This document shows positions 1 through 8,800 of a DNA stretch of 28,360 nt, piece by piece (within the stretch, counting starts at the first letter, position 1; every line of letters begins with the position of its first letter). A program made the position numbers and the translations under genes. This DNA comes from Alphaproteobacteria bacterium (GTDB taxonomy: Bacteria; Pseudomonadota; Alphaproteobacteria; RUG11792): contig JAFSTL010000082.1 of assembly GCA_017450545.1 (NCBI GenBank), forward strand, positions 1 to 28,360. The letters are read 5' to 3'. The notes under the pieces were generated by a model, which was given only the letters and a program-made list of their open reading frames with translations, was not told the DNA's origin and did no database searches.

Positions 1-115
1 AGAACGGCATTTGTTCACCATCAATCTCAACCGTCTCGATTCCATCTAGTCGCCCAACACCATGAGAAGGATAAACAACCCAAGAGCCAATCTCAAAATC
101 CACTTCGCTCATCAT
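1..115 (-). CDS. carD: CarD-family transcription factor, 5' part (runs off the window edge)
   Basis: Not in the ORF track. Manual translation from the ATG at 115 gives MMSEVDFEIGSWVVYPSHGVGRLDGIETVEIDGEQMPF, matching the CarD N-terminal F-x-x-G-x-x-VVYP-x-HGVG motif. An in-frame TAA lies at 122-124 upstream. Confidence 0.88.
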   Translation of the reverse strand, partial: MMSEVDFEIGSWVVYPSHGVGRLDGIETVEIDGEQMPF

Positions 116-144
116 TTCATCTTAATCTATCTGTGTTGTTAAAT

Positions 145-174
145 AGCATAACACAGGTTACATATCAACGTCAA
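145..174 (-). promoter_or_regulatory. Putative sigma70 promoter of carD
   Basis: Minus strand TTGACG (174-169), 18-nt spacer, TATGCT (150-145), with a TGn extended -10. Confidence 0.5.
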
Positions 175-178
175 CCAA

Positions 179-208
179 TGTACAAGAATGCTAAGCTTAT
201 GGTAGAAT
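179..208 (+). promoter_or_regulatory. Putative sigma70 promoter of murF-mraY
   Basis: Extended -10 TGGTAGAAT (200-208) and a weak -35 TGTACA (179-184). Confidence 0.35.
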
Positions 209-243
209 GCTCATTGGTTCAATGAAATAGGGGTAGGTTTGAG

Positions 244-1587
244 ATGCAGATCGCTTCTTGTGTTCTAAGTGATATTTTGAAAATTGCATGTATGCCAAAC
301 TTTGTTGCGCAAGGGATATCTATTGATTCAAGAAATATACAAAAGGGAGATATTTTTATAGCGATAAATAAAGGGCATGAATTTGTTAAAGACGCTATAA
401 AAGCTGGAGCGATTTTGGCAATAATAAGTGATGAAAAATATTTTGTGCCCGAAAAGACTATCACAGTTGCAGACACTAAAGAAACGTTAAAGTCAATTGG
501 AACGTATATAAAAGATCAGGTAAATCTGCGGAAACTAGTTGCTATAACAGGAAGTGTCGGGAAGACTACTACAAAATTCTGGCTTAATGAAATTTTATCA
601 AAAAAATACAATTCGTTTTGTGCTAAGAAAAATTATAATACAATATACGGGGTGCCGCTTTCTTTATGTCAGCTTGAAAAAGGCACGTCGTTCGGAATTT
701 TTGAGATAGGTTCATCGCATAGTGGTGAAATTTCTGAACTTTCCCGATATTTAGAGCCAGACATTGGCGTTATAACAAATATATACGAATCACATATCGG
801 TAATTTTGAAAATAAATGTCAGTTAGGTGATGAAAAAATTTCTATAATTGATGGGATAAAAACACACGGAAGTCTAATTTTTGACGGAGATTCTGAATTT
901 GCAGATAAAATACGCAATGTAGCCCAGAACAAAAAGATTAATACTTATTCAGTTGGTTTTTCAAAAAATAATGATTTTTACATAAAAGAATACGCTAATA
1001 CAGTAATATTACACATCCCAAACGGGGTTATGGCATACAAAGTTCCATTTCAGACAAAACATTTAACATACATCACCGCAACTTTACTTGCAACAATATA
1101 TGCTATGGGATTGCCTACTGATGATTTATTACCATTTTTCTTGACACTATCTCCTATAACAGGGCGCGGGAATATTGAAAAATATAACATCCATGGAAAA
1201 TCATTTGAGATAATAAATGATTGCTATAATGCAAGTCCAACAGCAATGCTTGCCTCTCTTGAGCGATTAGATACGATGCAAAATTTATCCAAAATTGCAG
1301 TTATAGGACAAATGAAAGAACTCGGCAAGTATGAACGGTATTACCATGACCGTGTTGCGGAAAAACTAAAATCAATAAATCTAGAAAAAGTGTTTTTCAT
1401 AGGTAATAAAAATCTGTGGGAAATTATGTTGCAAGCAGGGGATGTTCAGTGTTTTGAACAACTTGATAATTCTATTATTGAAAAGATATTGGAAATAGTT
1501 CGAGATGGTAGTATAGTTCTATTGAAAGGTTCGCTCAGTATCGGACTTGATAGATTTGTTGAATATGTAAAATGTTTTTCAATTTAA
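244..1587 (+). CDS. murF: UDP-N-acetylmuramoyl-tripeptide--D-alanyl-D-alanine ligase
   Basis: 447 aa. Motifs include P-loop AITGSVGKTTTK, NYN..YGVPLSL, GVITNI..SHI, INDCYNASP, AVIGQMKELG and C-terminal LLKGS. Directly upstream of mraY. Confidence 0.95.
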   Translation: MQIASCVLSDILKIACMPNFVAQGISIDSRNIQKGDIFIAINKGHEFVKDAIKAGAILAIISDEKYFVPEKTITVADTKETLKSIGTYIKDQVNLRKLVAITGSVGKTTTKFWLNEILSKKYNSFCAKKNYNTIYGVPLSLCQLEKGTSFGIFEIGSSHSGEISELSRYLEPDIGVITNIYESHIGNFENKCQLGDEKISIIDGIKTHGSLIFDGDSEFADKIRNVAQNKKINTYSVGFSKNNDFYIKEYANTVILHIPNGVMAYKVPFQTKHLTYITATLLATIYAMGLPTDDLLPFFLTLSPITGRGNIEKYNIHGKSFEIINDCYNASPTAMLASLERLDTMQNLSKIAVIGQMKELGKYERYYHDRVAEKLKSINLEKVFFIGNKNLWEIMLQAGDVQCFEQLDNSIIEKILEIVRDGSIVLLKGSLSIGLDRFVEYVKCFSI

Positions 1588-2663
1588 TATACAAAACTTT
1601 TGGTGCTGGTTGTTCATATTTAAACATATTTAAGTATGTCACATTTCGGTCGATATGTGCTTTTCTATTATCGTTCTTTTTTGTTCTGCTTGTTGGAAAC
1701 AAATTTATATTTTTTCTAAAAGCACACCAAAAACACGGACAACCTATTCGAGAAGACGGGCCTCAGTCTCACTTGGAAACCAAAAAAGACACACCAACAA
1801 TGGGGGGCATCTTAATAATTTTAGCAGTTTTTCTCGGGAGCATTTGCCTGGGCGATTTATCCAACGCATATCTATGGCTTTGTTTGTGTTTGTTTCTCAG
1901 TTTTGGATTAATCGGAGCGTATGACGATTATCGCAAAGTCAGCAAAAACGATTATCACGGAATCTCAGGGAAAAAGAAATTTGCCTTGCAGTCGCTTGTC
2001 GCAATAGGATGCTGTTGCATTTATATGAAGATATTCAGTTCAAGCGAAACCACGAGCGTGTTTTTCCCGATATTTAAGAATTTTTATGTGAATCTTGGAT
2101 ATTTCTTTGTAATTTGGGGAATGTTCATAACCGTGGGTAGCTCGAACGCTGTCAACCTAACGGATGGGCTAGACGGACTGGCGATGGGACCTGTCATAAT
2201 ATCTTCCATTTGTCTTGCTATTATTTCATATTTAGTTGGAAACACAGTCTTTGCAGACTATCTGCATATGCAGTATATTTCTGGCATGTCCGAAATATGC
2301 GTGTTCATAAGTGCCTTAATCGGTGCTAGCCTGGGGTTTTTGTGGTTTAATGCACCGCCTGCGAAGGTGTTTATGGGAGATACCGGTTCAGTTGCTATAG
2401 GTGGCGTCTTGGGGTTTATATCTGTTATAACGAAGCATGAATTTATATTTGCGATATTAGGAGGCGTATTTGTTGTAGAAACTGTATCAGTTATTATACA
2501 AGTTCTATATTATAAGCTAACACATAAACGAATTTTTCTTATGGCTCCGATACATCATCATTTCGAAAAGAAAGGCTGGTCAGAGGCTACGGTTGTGTTT
2601 AGATTTTGGATCATTTCTATCGTTCTCGGGATACTCGGACTGGCGCTGATGAAGGTTAGATAA
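1572..2663 (+). CDS. mraY: Phospho-N-acetylmuramoyl-pentapeptide transferase
   Basis: 363-aa polytopic membrane protein with KKDTPTMGG, YDDY, SNAVNLTDGLDGLA, VFMGDTGS and MAPIHHHFEKKGW. Confidence 0.98.
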   Translation: MFFNLIYKTFGAGCSYLNIFKYVTFRSICAFLLSFFFVLLVGNKFIFFLKAHQKHGQPIREDGPQSHLETKKDTPTMGGILIILAVFLGSICLGDLSNAYLWLCLCLFLSFGLIGAYDDYRKVSKNDYHGISGKKKFALQSLVAIGCCCIYMKIFSSSETTSVFFPIFKNFYVNLGYFFVIWGMFITVGSSNAVNLTDGLDGLAMGPVIISSICLAIISYLVGNTVFADYLHMQYISGMSEICVFISALIGASLGFLWFNAPPAKVFMGDTGSVAIGGVLGFISVITKHEFIFAILGGVFVVETVSVIIQVLYYKLTHKRIFLMAPIHHHFEKKGWSEATVVFRFWIISIVLGILGLALMKVR

Positions 2664-2664
2664 A

Positions 2665-3504
2665 TCAACGCCTTACATACGCCATTATTATGGTCATTAT
2701 CTGACTTGTTATACGAAATAAATGACTAGGTATATACAAATACCAAATCTCTTTTTTTCTATTGTGCTGTATATACGTACTATCTCCTCTTTGTTTAACA
2801 ATTTTGGGCTCGACAGTCCTAAATTTATAACTCAATTCCCACGACCTATATAACACATGATCCAGAGGCATTCTAATTGGTAATGCATGCTTTATTAAAC
2901 TACGTGCAGCTCTCCTATTTATGATATAGCAACTTGCATTCCAGACGCGTCGACTTGGTGCCTTTAATCTATATTTCCCTGATATTTGTGCTATTACTCG
3001 ACCATTACCAGGTCTATGCGTGTCTAGATTAACGCAATCCCAATTGTCGGAATTTTTGAGCAATAAATTAACCAACTTGTGTAGTTGTTCAGGATTAAAT
3101 ACGACATCATCTTCGAAAATTAGTGCATATGAATGTTTTGTCTTTAGAAACTCTGTCCATGTCTTAAGATGACTTAAATAACATCCAATTTCTCCGTCCA
3201 ACACATCTTTTTGCATCAAAATTTTGAATATCGTTCTATTCACCAGTTTATCTTTTTCGTCTTTAGGTATATCTTTTCCATAAATAGCCGGTATTCGCTC
3301 GAATGGTATACCCAATTCCTCCAAAAGCGGAAGCAGCGCTTCTCGTCGCTCTTCTGCCTTGTCCAAATTTATATAATATGCCTGCACACTCCCATCCCCT
3401 GCGCCCGCATCTATCTTAGGTAAATGTTTGTGTGGTAAAACAAACACTGCTGCAAGACATAAGCTTACAATGCATGTATAAATAATGCTATTTTTCTTTC
3501 TCAT
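2665..3504 (-). CDS. Glycosyltransferase family 25 (Lic2A/Lex2B/LgtB-like), paralog 1, with N-terminal hydrophobic anchor
   Basis: Motifs YYINLDKAEERR, FERIPAIYG, GEIGCYLSHLKTW, ALIFEDD, CYIINRRAA and PLDH. The ORF track starts at TTG 3522; the ATG at 3504 (MRKKN...) is the likelier start. Confidence 0.9.
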   Translation of the reverse strand: MRKKNSIIYTCIVSLCLAAVFVLPHKHLPKIDAGAGDGSVQAYYINLDKAEERREALLPLLEELGIPFERIPAIYGKDIPKDEKDKLVNRTIFKILMQKDVLDGEIGCYLSHLKTWTEFLKTKHSYALIFEDDVVFNPEQLHKLVNLLLKNSDNWDCVNLDTHRPGNGRVIAQISGKYRLKAPSRRVWNASCYIINRRAARSLIKHALPIRMPLDHVLYRSWELSYKFRTVEPKIVKQRGDSTYIQHNRKKEIWYLYIPSHLFRITSQIMTIIMAYVRR

Positions 3505-3514
3505 TTCGTTTCCA

Positions 3515-4369
3515 TTATCCAAATTTCGCCATCATTTTACACATAAAATCTCGTATCAGAGAGTTCAGCTTGGCCAGACATCTTATATATTTGTTCACAG
3601 TTACCTTGGTTCTATCTCCGATATATGTATCTCCAAAATCATGCCCTAGTATGTTTGGATATACTATTCTATATTTATAACCTAGCTCCCAACTTCTATT
3701 TATATAGATATCTACTGGTGCAACCATCGGCAAGGCATGTTTTATCAAAGTAGCTGCTGCTTTTCTTTTTATCAGGTATCCCACAGTGGCCCACACTACT
3801 TGCCTCGGGGCTATCAGTTTATGTTTATCAGACAATTTTTGTATTACACGCCCATTCCCATCCCGATGCGGGTCTAAGTTTACATAATCCCACTTATCCT
3901 TGTTTTGCAATAGCAAATTTACCATATTACGCAACTCATCCGGATTAAATGTTGCATCATCTTCCAATATCAATGCATATGAAGCTTTAGATTTTAGAAA
4001 AGTCTGCCAAGCTTTCAGATGACTGAGGTAACATCCTATCTCTCCATCTTCCACTTCTCTTCTTTGCGTTATTTTGAATATCTGTCTGTTTACCCTCTTA
4101 TCCTTTTCTTCTTGTGATAAATCTTTTCCATATATTGCATATATTCTTTCATATGTTAGTCCAAGATTTTCCAGCCTAGGCATCAATATTTTTCGTCTAT
4201 CTTCTGCTTTATCCAAACTTATGTAATACACTTGAACTGAACCATCTCCCTCGCCTATCTCCACTTCAGGTAAATTCCAATGAGGTAACATAAATACAGC
4301 TTTGTACAATACAATCGCAAAACATGCTATCAACACTAGTATAACCTTCTTTATAATGTTCATCATCAT
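3515..4369 (-). CDS. Glycosyltransferase family 25, paralog 2, with N-terminal hydrophobic anchor
   Basis: Motifs YYISLDKAEDRR, YERIYAIYG, GEIGCYLSHLKAW, ALILEDD, GYLIKRKAA and PVD. Confidence 0.9.
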   Translation of the reverse strand: MMMNIIKKVILVLIACFAIVLYKAVFMLPHWNLPEVEIGEGDGSVQVYYISLDKAEDRRKILMPRLENLGLTYERIYAIYGKDLSQEEKDKRVNRQIFKITQRREVEDGEIGCYLSHLKAWQTFLKSKASYALILEDDATFNPDELRNMVNLLLQNKDKWDYVNLDPHRDGNGRVIQKLSDKHKLIAPRQVVWATVGYLIKRKAAATLIKHALPMVAPVDIYINRSWELGYKYRIVYPNILGHDFGDTYIGDRTKVTVNKYIRCLAKLNSLIRDFMCKMMAKFG

Positions 4370-4381
4370 CTTCTCTTTTCC

Positions 4382-5218
4382 TTACTGAAAGCTCGCTGTG
4401 ATATAGCTCATAACTCCGGTTATAAATACATAGATCCTGTTAGATAATCTCCAATATATGTTTCGACTGTATCCTTCTCGTTCAATATAACTGTCTTCAA
4501 AATCTTGGAAGACAACATTTGGATATACCAAGCGATACCTATACCCCAGTTCCCATGAGCGATATATATAATGGTCTAAAGGCATTACTATTGGTAACGC
4601 GTGCTTTACAAGTGTAGCCGCAGCTTTTCGATTGATTAGCTGTCCTGTAGCTATCCATACCCTTTGTCTTGGAACAAGCAGAGTATGCTTTTCCGAAAGT
4701 TTCGCTATAACTTTCCCATTTCCCTCCCGATGCGGGTCTAAATTGACATAATCCCACTTATCCTTGTTTTGTATAAGCAAATTAACCATATCCCGCAACT
4801 CGTCCGGATTAAATTTTGCATCATCCTCTAATATCAATGCATATGAGTTTTTAGATTTAAGAAAAGTCTTCCAAGCCTTTAGATGGCTGAGGTAGCATCC
4901 TATTTCTCCATCCAAAGGTGCTCTCCTCATCAAAACCGTGTATAACGTTTTTCGTACAACTTTGTCCTTCTCTTCTTGAGGCAAATCTTTGCCATATATC
5001 GCATGTATTCTCTCATACGGTAATTCAAGCTTTTCAAGTCTTGGTATTAATTCTTGCCGTCTATTTTCCGCTTTATCCAAACTTATGTAATACACCTGCA
5101 CTGAACCGTCGCCCCCTCCAGCTGTTACCTCAGGCAAGTTCCAATGCGGCAAAGTAAAGATAGAGCCAAGCAATAAAACAACAACGAACGCCACTAAAAT
5201 TTTATAAAAAAACCTCAC
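4382..5218 (-). CDS. Glycosyltransferase family 25, paralog 3, with N-terminal hydrophobic anchor
   Basis: Motifs YYISLDKAENRR, YERIHAIYG, GEIGCYLSHLKAW, ALILEDD and PLDHY. GTG start. Confidence 0.9.
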   Translation of the reverse strand: MRFFYKILVAFVVVLLLGSIFTLPHWNLPEVTAGGGDGSVQVYYISLDKAENRRQELIPRLEKLELPYERIHAIYGKDLPQEEKDKVVRKTLYTVLMRRAPLDGEIGCYLSHLKAWKTFLKSKNSYALILEDDAKFNPDELRDMVNLLIQNKDKWDYVNLDPHREGNGKVIAKLSEKHTLLVPRQRVWIATGQLINRKAAATLVKHALPIVMPLDHYIYRSWELGYRYRLVYPNVVFQDFEDSYIEREGYSRNIYWRLSNRIYVFITGVMSYITASFQ

Positions 5219-5249
5219 AAATCAAACCAACAATGCATAGCGATGACAC

Positions 5250-5278
5250 ATCATAGCACATATTTAAGTTAGCCACAA
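5250..5278 (-). promoter_or_regulatory. Putative sigma70 promoter of the GT25 triplet
   Basis: TTGTGG (5278-5273), 17-nt spacer, TATGAT (5255-5250), with a TGn extension. Lies in the ftsQ-GT25 gap. Confidence 0.45.
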
Positions 5279-5302
5279 ATATGCATATACCGGATTTTAT
5301 GT

Positions 5303-6058
5303 TCAAATCCCGGGTATATTTCGTATCTTTGTCCCATTCATTATAATTTGTCCTGCAAATCGGAGGTCAATTTGCCCCCCTGATATCTCATTCAGCTTTC
5401 CGCTTTGAATCAGTCGCTCCAAGGTGTCCAACGCAACTGTTTCCTGTTTCTCTGGTAAATTCACTTTATTGCCAGAAACTATAAGATCCCAGCGTCGCTC
5501 CCGAACGTATGTGAGAGCTTCAAGATGAGCATATACATTGGGATAATTCTGTATTATATCCAAAATTGCGGCAACTTGACCTGGTGCATTCAGTCCTGAC
5601 ACAAGTGGTAACTGATTATATTTTGTTTGCACTTCTTCCAAAAATTTTCCATCTTTATCTATCAAAACAGATCTACCATCCTGCTGATATATCGCTATCG
5701 GAGTCGTTTCAGTTATGTGTATTTGCAAAACATTTGGCAACTGTTTCTTTATTATAGCTTCTTTTATCCAAGATATGCTAATCACTTTATTATAGACTTC
5801 ATCAACAGAAACGTCCAACATGGAAGTGTTGCTATTTATGTGTAGTCTATGCCTTATCATCTCAGACACCTTTGGACTTGCACCAGTGATGTCTAGCTGG
5901 TTTATCCTTAAATTAGCAATTTTTATTGTGCTATTATATGTTGAATTCAACATTGAAAATATCTGAGACTTCATTAAATATAAACCAATACTTCCACCTA
6001 TAACTGCACACAATAAATAGAAAAATTTCGAGCTGGAGCCCTTTCTTCGTTTCTTCAT
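5303..6058 (-). CDS. ftsQ: Cell division protein FtsQ/DivIB
   Basis: Basic N-tail, single TM, POTRA-like region ([23 protein letters not shown]), and C-terminal RRWDL and IDLRF motifs. Confidence 0.88.
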   Translation of the reverse strand: MKKRRKGSSSKFFYLLCAVIGGSIGLYLMKSQIFSMLNSTYNSTIKIANLRINQLDITGASPKVSEMIRHRLHINSNTSMLDVSVDEVYNKVISISWIKEAIIKKQLPNVLQIHITETTPIAIYQQDGRSVLIDKDGKFLEEVQTKYNQLPLVSGLNAPGQVAAILDIIQNYPNVYAHLEALTYVRERRWDLIVSGNKVNLPEKQETVALDTLERLIQSGKLNEISGGQIDLRFAGQIIMNGTKIRNIPGI

Positions 6059-7131
6059 TCTGAGCCTTTTATCTTTTCAATCTGATCTGTTTCTATTAAT
6101 TTATCAATTATTTCATCTAAAGATGTGCCATTCATTATTTTATCTATTTTATACAATGTCAAATTTATTCTGTGATCCGTAACCCGCCCCTGAGGAAAGT
6201 TATATGTACGTATTCTTTCAGATCTATCGCCTGTGCCGATTTGTGAACGACGATCGCCTGAACGTTGCTCATTCTGCTTCATTCGCTCGTGCTCGTATAT
6301 CTTTGATCGCAAAATCTTCATTGCTTTTGCTTTGTTCTTATATTGCGACCGCTCATCTTGCACAGCAACGACTGTCCCTGTCGGTATATGCGTTATCCGC
6401 ACAGCGCTATCGGTTTTATTGACATGCTGACCACCTGCTCCGGAAGAACGATAAGTATCAATCTTTAAATCTTTCTCATCAATTTCAATATCGACGTCTT
6501 CGACCTCCGGCAACACAGCTACAGTCGCAGTTGAAGTGTGTATTCGCCCAGCAGATTCCGTTTCAGGAACACGTTGCACACGGTGAACTCCTGATTCAAA
6601 TTTCATGCGTGAGAACACGCCTTTTCCTATAATCGAGACGCAAGCTGTTTTTATCGAGCCTATTCCACTTTCCGAAAATTCCAGAACTTCAACTCGCCAT
6701 CCATGCAACTCTGCATACAGCTCATACATTCTCAAAAGATCTGCTGCAAACAAGCCCGCTTCATCGCCTCCAGTACCTGCGCGTATCTCTACTATCGCAT
6801 TTTTCTCATCATCTATGTCTTTAGGCAAAAGCATTACCTTTATGTCATGCTCAAGCTTTTTTATATTTTCTTTTATGTGAGGAATTTCTTCATTCGCCAT
6901 TTCTTTAATTTCAACATCACTTTCACAACTCGCTATGCGTTCTGTTTCGTCTAATTTATGCGCCTCAGCAAACAATCTTCGTATCAATACAGTTATTGGC
7001 TCCAGTTCCGCATATTCCTGTGTCAGTGCTGCGTATTCGGGTGTGTTATACTTATCCATAAAACTTAACTGCTGTTGCACATCATCATAATGCACAAGTA
7101 TCGAATCTAGTCTCTCTTTAAATCCATTCAT
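6055..7131 (-). CDS. prfA: Peptide chain release factor 1
   Basis: Motifs [27 protein letters not shown] (RF1 PxT), [10 protein letters not shown] and [20 protein letters not shown]. Confidence 0.98.
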   Translation of the reverse strand: MNGFKERLDSILVHYDDVQQQLSFMDKYNTPEYAALTQEYAELEPITVLIRRLFAEAHKLDETERIASCESDVEIKEMANEEIPHIKENIKKLEHDIKVMLLPKDIDDEKNAIVEIRAGTGGDEAGLFAADLLRMYELYAELHGWRVEVLEFSESGIGSIKTACVSIIGKGVFSRMKFESGVHRVQRVPETESAGRIHTSTATVAVLPEVEDVDIEIDEKDLKIDTYRSSGAGGQHVNKTDSAVRITHIPTGTVVAVQDERSQYKNKAKAMKILRSKIYEHERMKQNEQRSGDRRSQIGTGDRSERIRTYNFPQGRVTDHRINLTLYKIDKIMNGTSLDEIIDKLIETDQIEKIKGSE

Positions 7132-7133
7132 AT

Positions 7134-8249
7134 TTATCTCATCAATGACGAAAGAGTTTTAGATATCATACGTATATCCTTGCCTAAATTCTCAACCACG
7201 TAGTCACGATTTGTGTATGTTCCCTGCACCAACTCTGTTAATGATTTTTCTATACTGTCCAACTTCCCAATCATTTCCGTCCACACGGTTTCATTCATAC
7301 GTTTACTCATATTCTGCATTTCGACCTGAGTTGTTCCTATCGTTCGAAGCAAGCTCTGTTGCTGTATCATTGCATCTGTTAATTGTGAAATCTTGTTTGC
7401 AAAATCCTTCTGAGCCCCCATCAACGTTATCCTGTTTCCTTCAAACTCTTTCAGCTGATTTTGAAACGCATATATCATCTCTATCGTTTTTTCCAACAAT
7501 CCCATCGAAAAAACTTGCCCGTGATACTCCATCCCCCCATCTGGAGCGGTTAGACTGACTGTGCTGTTTGTTATCCACTCCTCCACCTTATATAAAAAAC
7601 TGTCTGCTACCCGTTTCTGATTGATATTCAAAAATCCCAAAATCAACGAACCGGACAATCCAAAGAGCGAGCATCCAAATGCCGTTCCCATTCCTGAGAG
7701 CGGAATACGCAAACTATCCTTCAATTTCGAGAAAGACTCAGACGCATCTGCCTGATCTATTCCGAGGTTATCTATGATGTTTGCAACATTTCCTATAGTC
7801 TGTGATAGCCCCCAAAAAGTTCCAAATAATCCCAAAAAGATAAGTATACCGGATAAATATTTAGGAAAATTTCCATAATCGTCAATTCGTTTTTCTACGC
7901 TTGCGATTACAGTGTTTATCTTTGATTGCGTTGCTAAATTTTTCGCCCCAGATAAGTAATACACAATAGGCGTGAGTATTTTTAAGCTATCCTTGTCAGT
8001 TCTAGTCAACTTATTATAAGTTAACAATTTGACATATTCGTTATCGTATAAAAAAATCCTCTTGTATATAATAACAACGCCAGTGATAAAGCAAGCTAAA
8101 ATTATCGAATTTATTTGTATATTGTATGAAAAAGCATTCTTCAAATTGTCAAACATTAACAGCGCAACAGCTATCACCAACAAAAGAAACACCGTCATTC
8201 TTAATAAGCAGAACTTCGCTGCAAGAAGTTTCATAGTTGTTCCCAGCAT
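7134..8249 (-). CDS. MotA/TolQ/ExbB proton-channel family membrane protein with long C-terminal helical tail
   Basis: Two N-terminal TMs, then [13 protein letters not shown] and [25 protein letters not shown] (TM3/TM4 pattern of the family), followed by a roughly 160-aa hydrophilic helical tail. Confidence 0.72.
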   Translation of the reverse strand: MLGTTMKLLAAKFCLLRMTVFLLLVIAVALLMFDNLKNAFSYNIQINSIILACFITGVVIIYKRIFLYDNEYVKLLTYNKLTRTDKDSLKILTPIVYYLSGAKNLATQSKINTVIASVEKRIDDYGNFPKYLSGILIFLGLFGTFWGLSQTIGNVANIIDNLGIDQADASESFSKLKDSLRIPLSGMGTAFGCSLFGLSGSLILGFLNINQKRVADSFLYKVEEWITNSTVSLTAPDGGMEYHGQVFSMGLLEKTIEMIYAFQNQLKEFEGNRITLMGAQKDFANKISQLTDAMIQQQSLLRTIGTTQVEMQNMSKRMNETVWTEMIGKLDSIEKSLTELVQGTYTNRDYVVENLGKDIRMISKTLSSLMR

Positions 8250-8265
8250 AAATCCTCACGCTTTC

Positions 8266-8295
8266 ATACTAGCACAACCATATCATCTCTTTCAA
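8266..8295 (-). promoter_or_regulatory. Putative sigma70 promoter of MotA-like gene-prfA-ftsQ
   Basis: TTGAAA (8295-8290), 18-nt spacer, TAGTAT (8271-8266), with a TGn extension. Confidence 0.45.
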
Positions 8296-8329
8296 AATAC
8301 CCCAACCAGTACATCTCCCAAGAGTTTCG

Positions 8330-8800
8330 TCAAGATACTGCAAAAGTATTGGAGACGTGTTCTAAAAATCCCTCTAGTATAAAACTAGCCGCAACTTTAT
8401 CTATTATTTTGTCTCGGTTATTCCTGCTTTTACATCCAGTTATTATACGCTCTGCTCCACATGTGCTCAACCGTTCGTCCCACATTACTATAGCAATACG
8501 TTCACACATCTCATTTAGCTTTCTGACGAATTTGTTCACCTTTTCCAGTTGTTTCCCACCTTTAGCTCCATTCAGCGCTATTGGTTCGCCAACCACGATA
8601 ACTCCTACTTCGTGTGTTTCGACTATTTCTCTTATGCCACGATACACACCCTGACTGGACAAAACTACTAGAGGGGAGGATATCATCCAATTTATATCAG
8701 AAATCGCTATTCCAACTCTCTTATCCCCATAATCGATGCAAAGAGCTCTGCATTTTCCTTTATATTCACTAAAACAGAGCTCCTTTGCATCAACTATCAT
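8330..8800 (-). CDS. ruvX: YqgF/RuvX family nuclease (pre-16S rRNA maturation)
   Basis: Motifs ALCIDYGDKRVGIAISD, IVVGEP, WDERLST and IDKVAASFILEGFL. Confidence 0.93.
   Translation of the reverse strand: MIVDAKELCFSEYKGKCRALCIDYGDKRVGIAISDINWMISSPLVVLSSQGVYRGIREIVETHEVGVIVVGEPIALNGAKGGKQLEKVNKFVRKLNEMCERIAIVMWDERLSTCGAERIITGCKSRNNRDKIIDKVAASFILEGFLEHVSNTFAVS

Noticed and set aside
219-476. 85-aa minus-strand ORF opposite murF, and the 89-aa alternative-frame ORF within mraY (1655-1924)
   Set aside because: They overlap confident genes and have no recognisable features.
4322-4333. Lipobox-like LIAC in GT25-2
   Set aside because: The hydrophobic stretch continues well past the Cys and the other paralogs lack the motif, so a TM anchor is more parsimonious.
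5204-5215. Homopolymer run near the GT25-3 start as a phase-variation tract
   Set aside because: Only about 7 nt, which is common in this AT-rich DNA. No tetranucleotide or long poly-G/C tracts like those of lic2A or lgt genes, and all three ORFs are intact.
7134-8249. Complete Zorya anti-phage system
   Set aside because: No zorB/C/D/E-like genes are adjacent and the context is core housekeeping. Only the architectural resemblance is kept as a finding.
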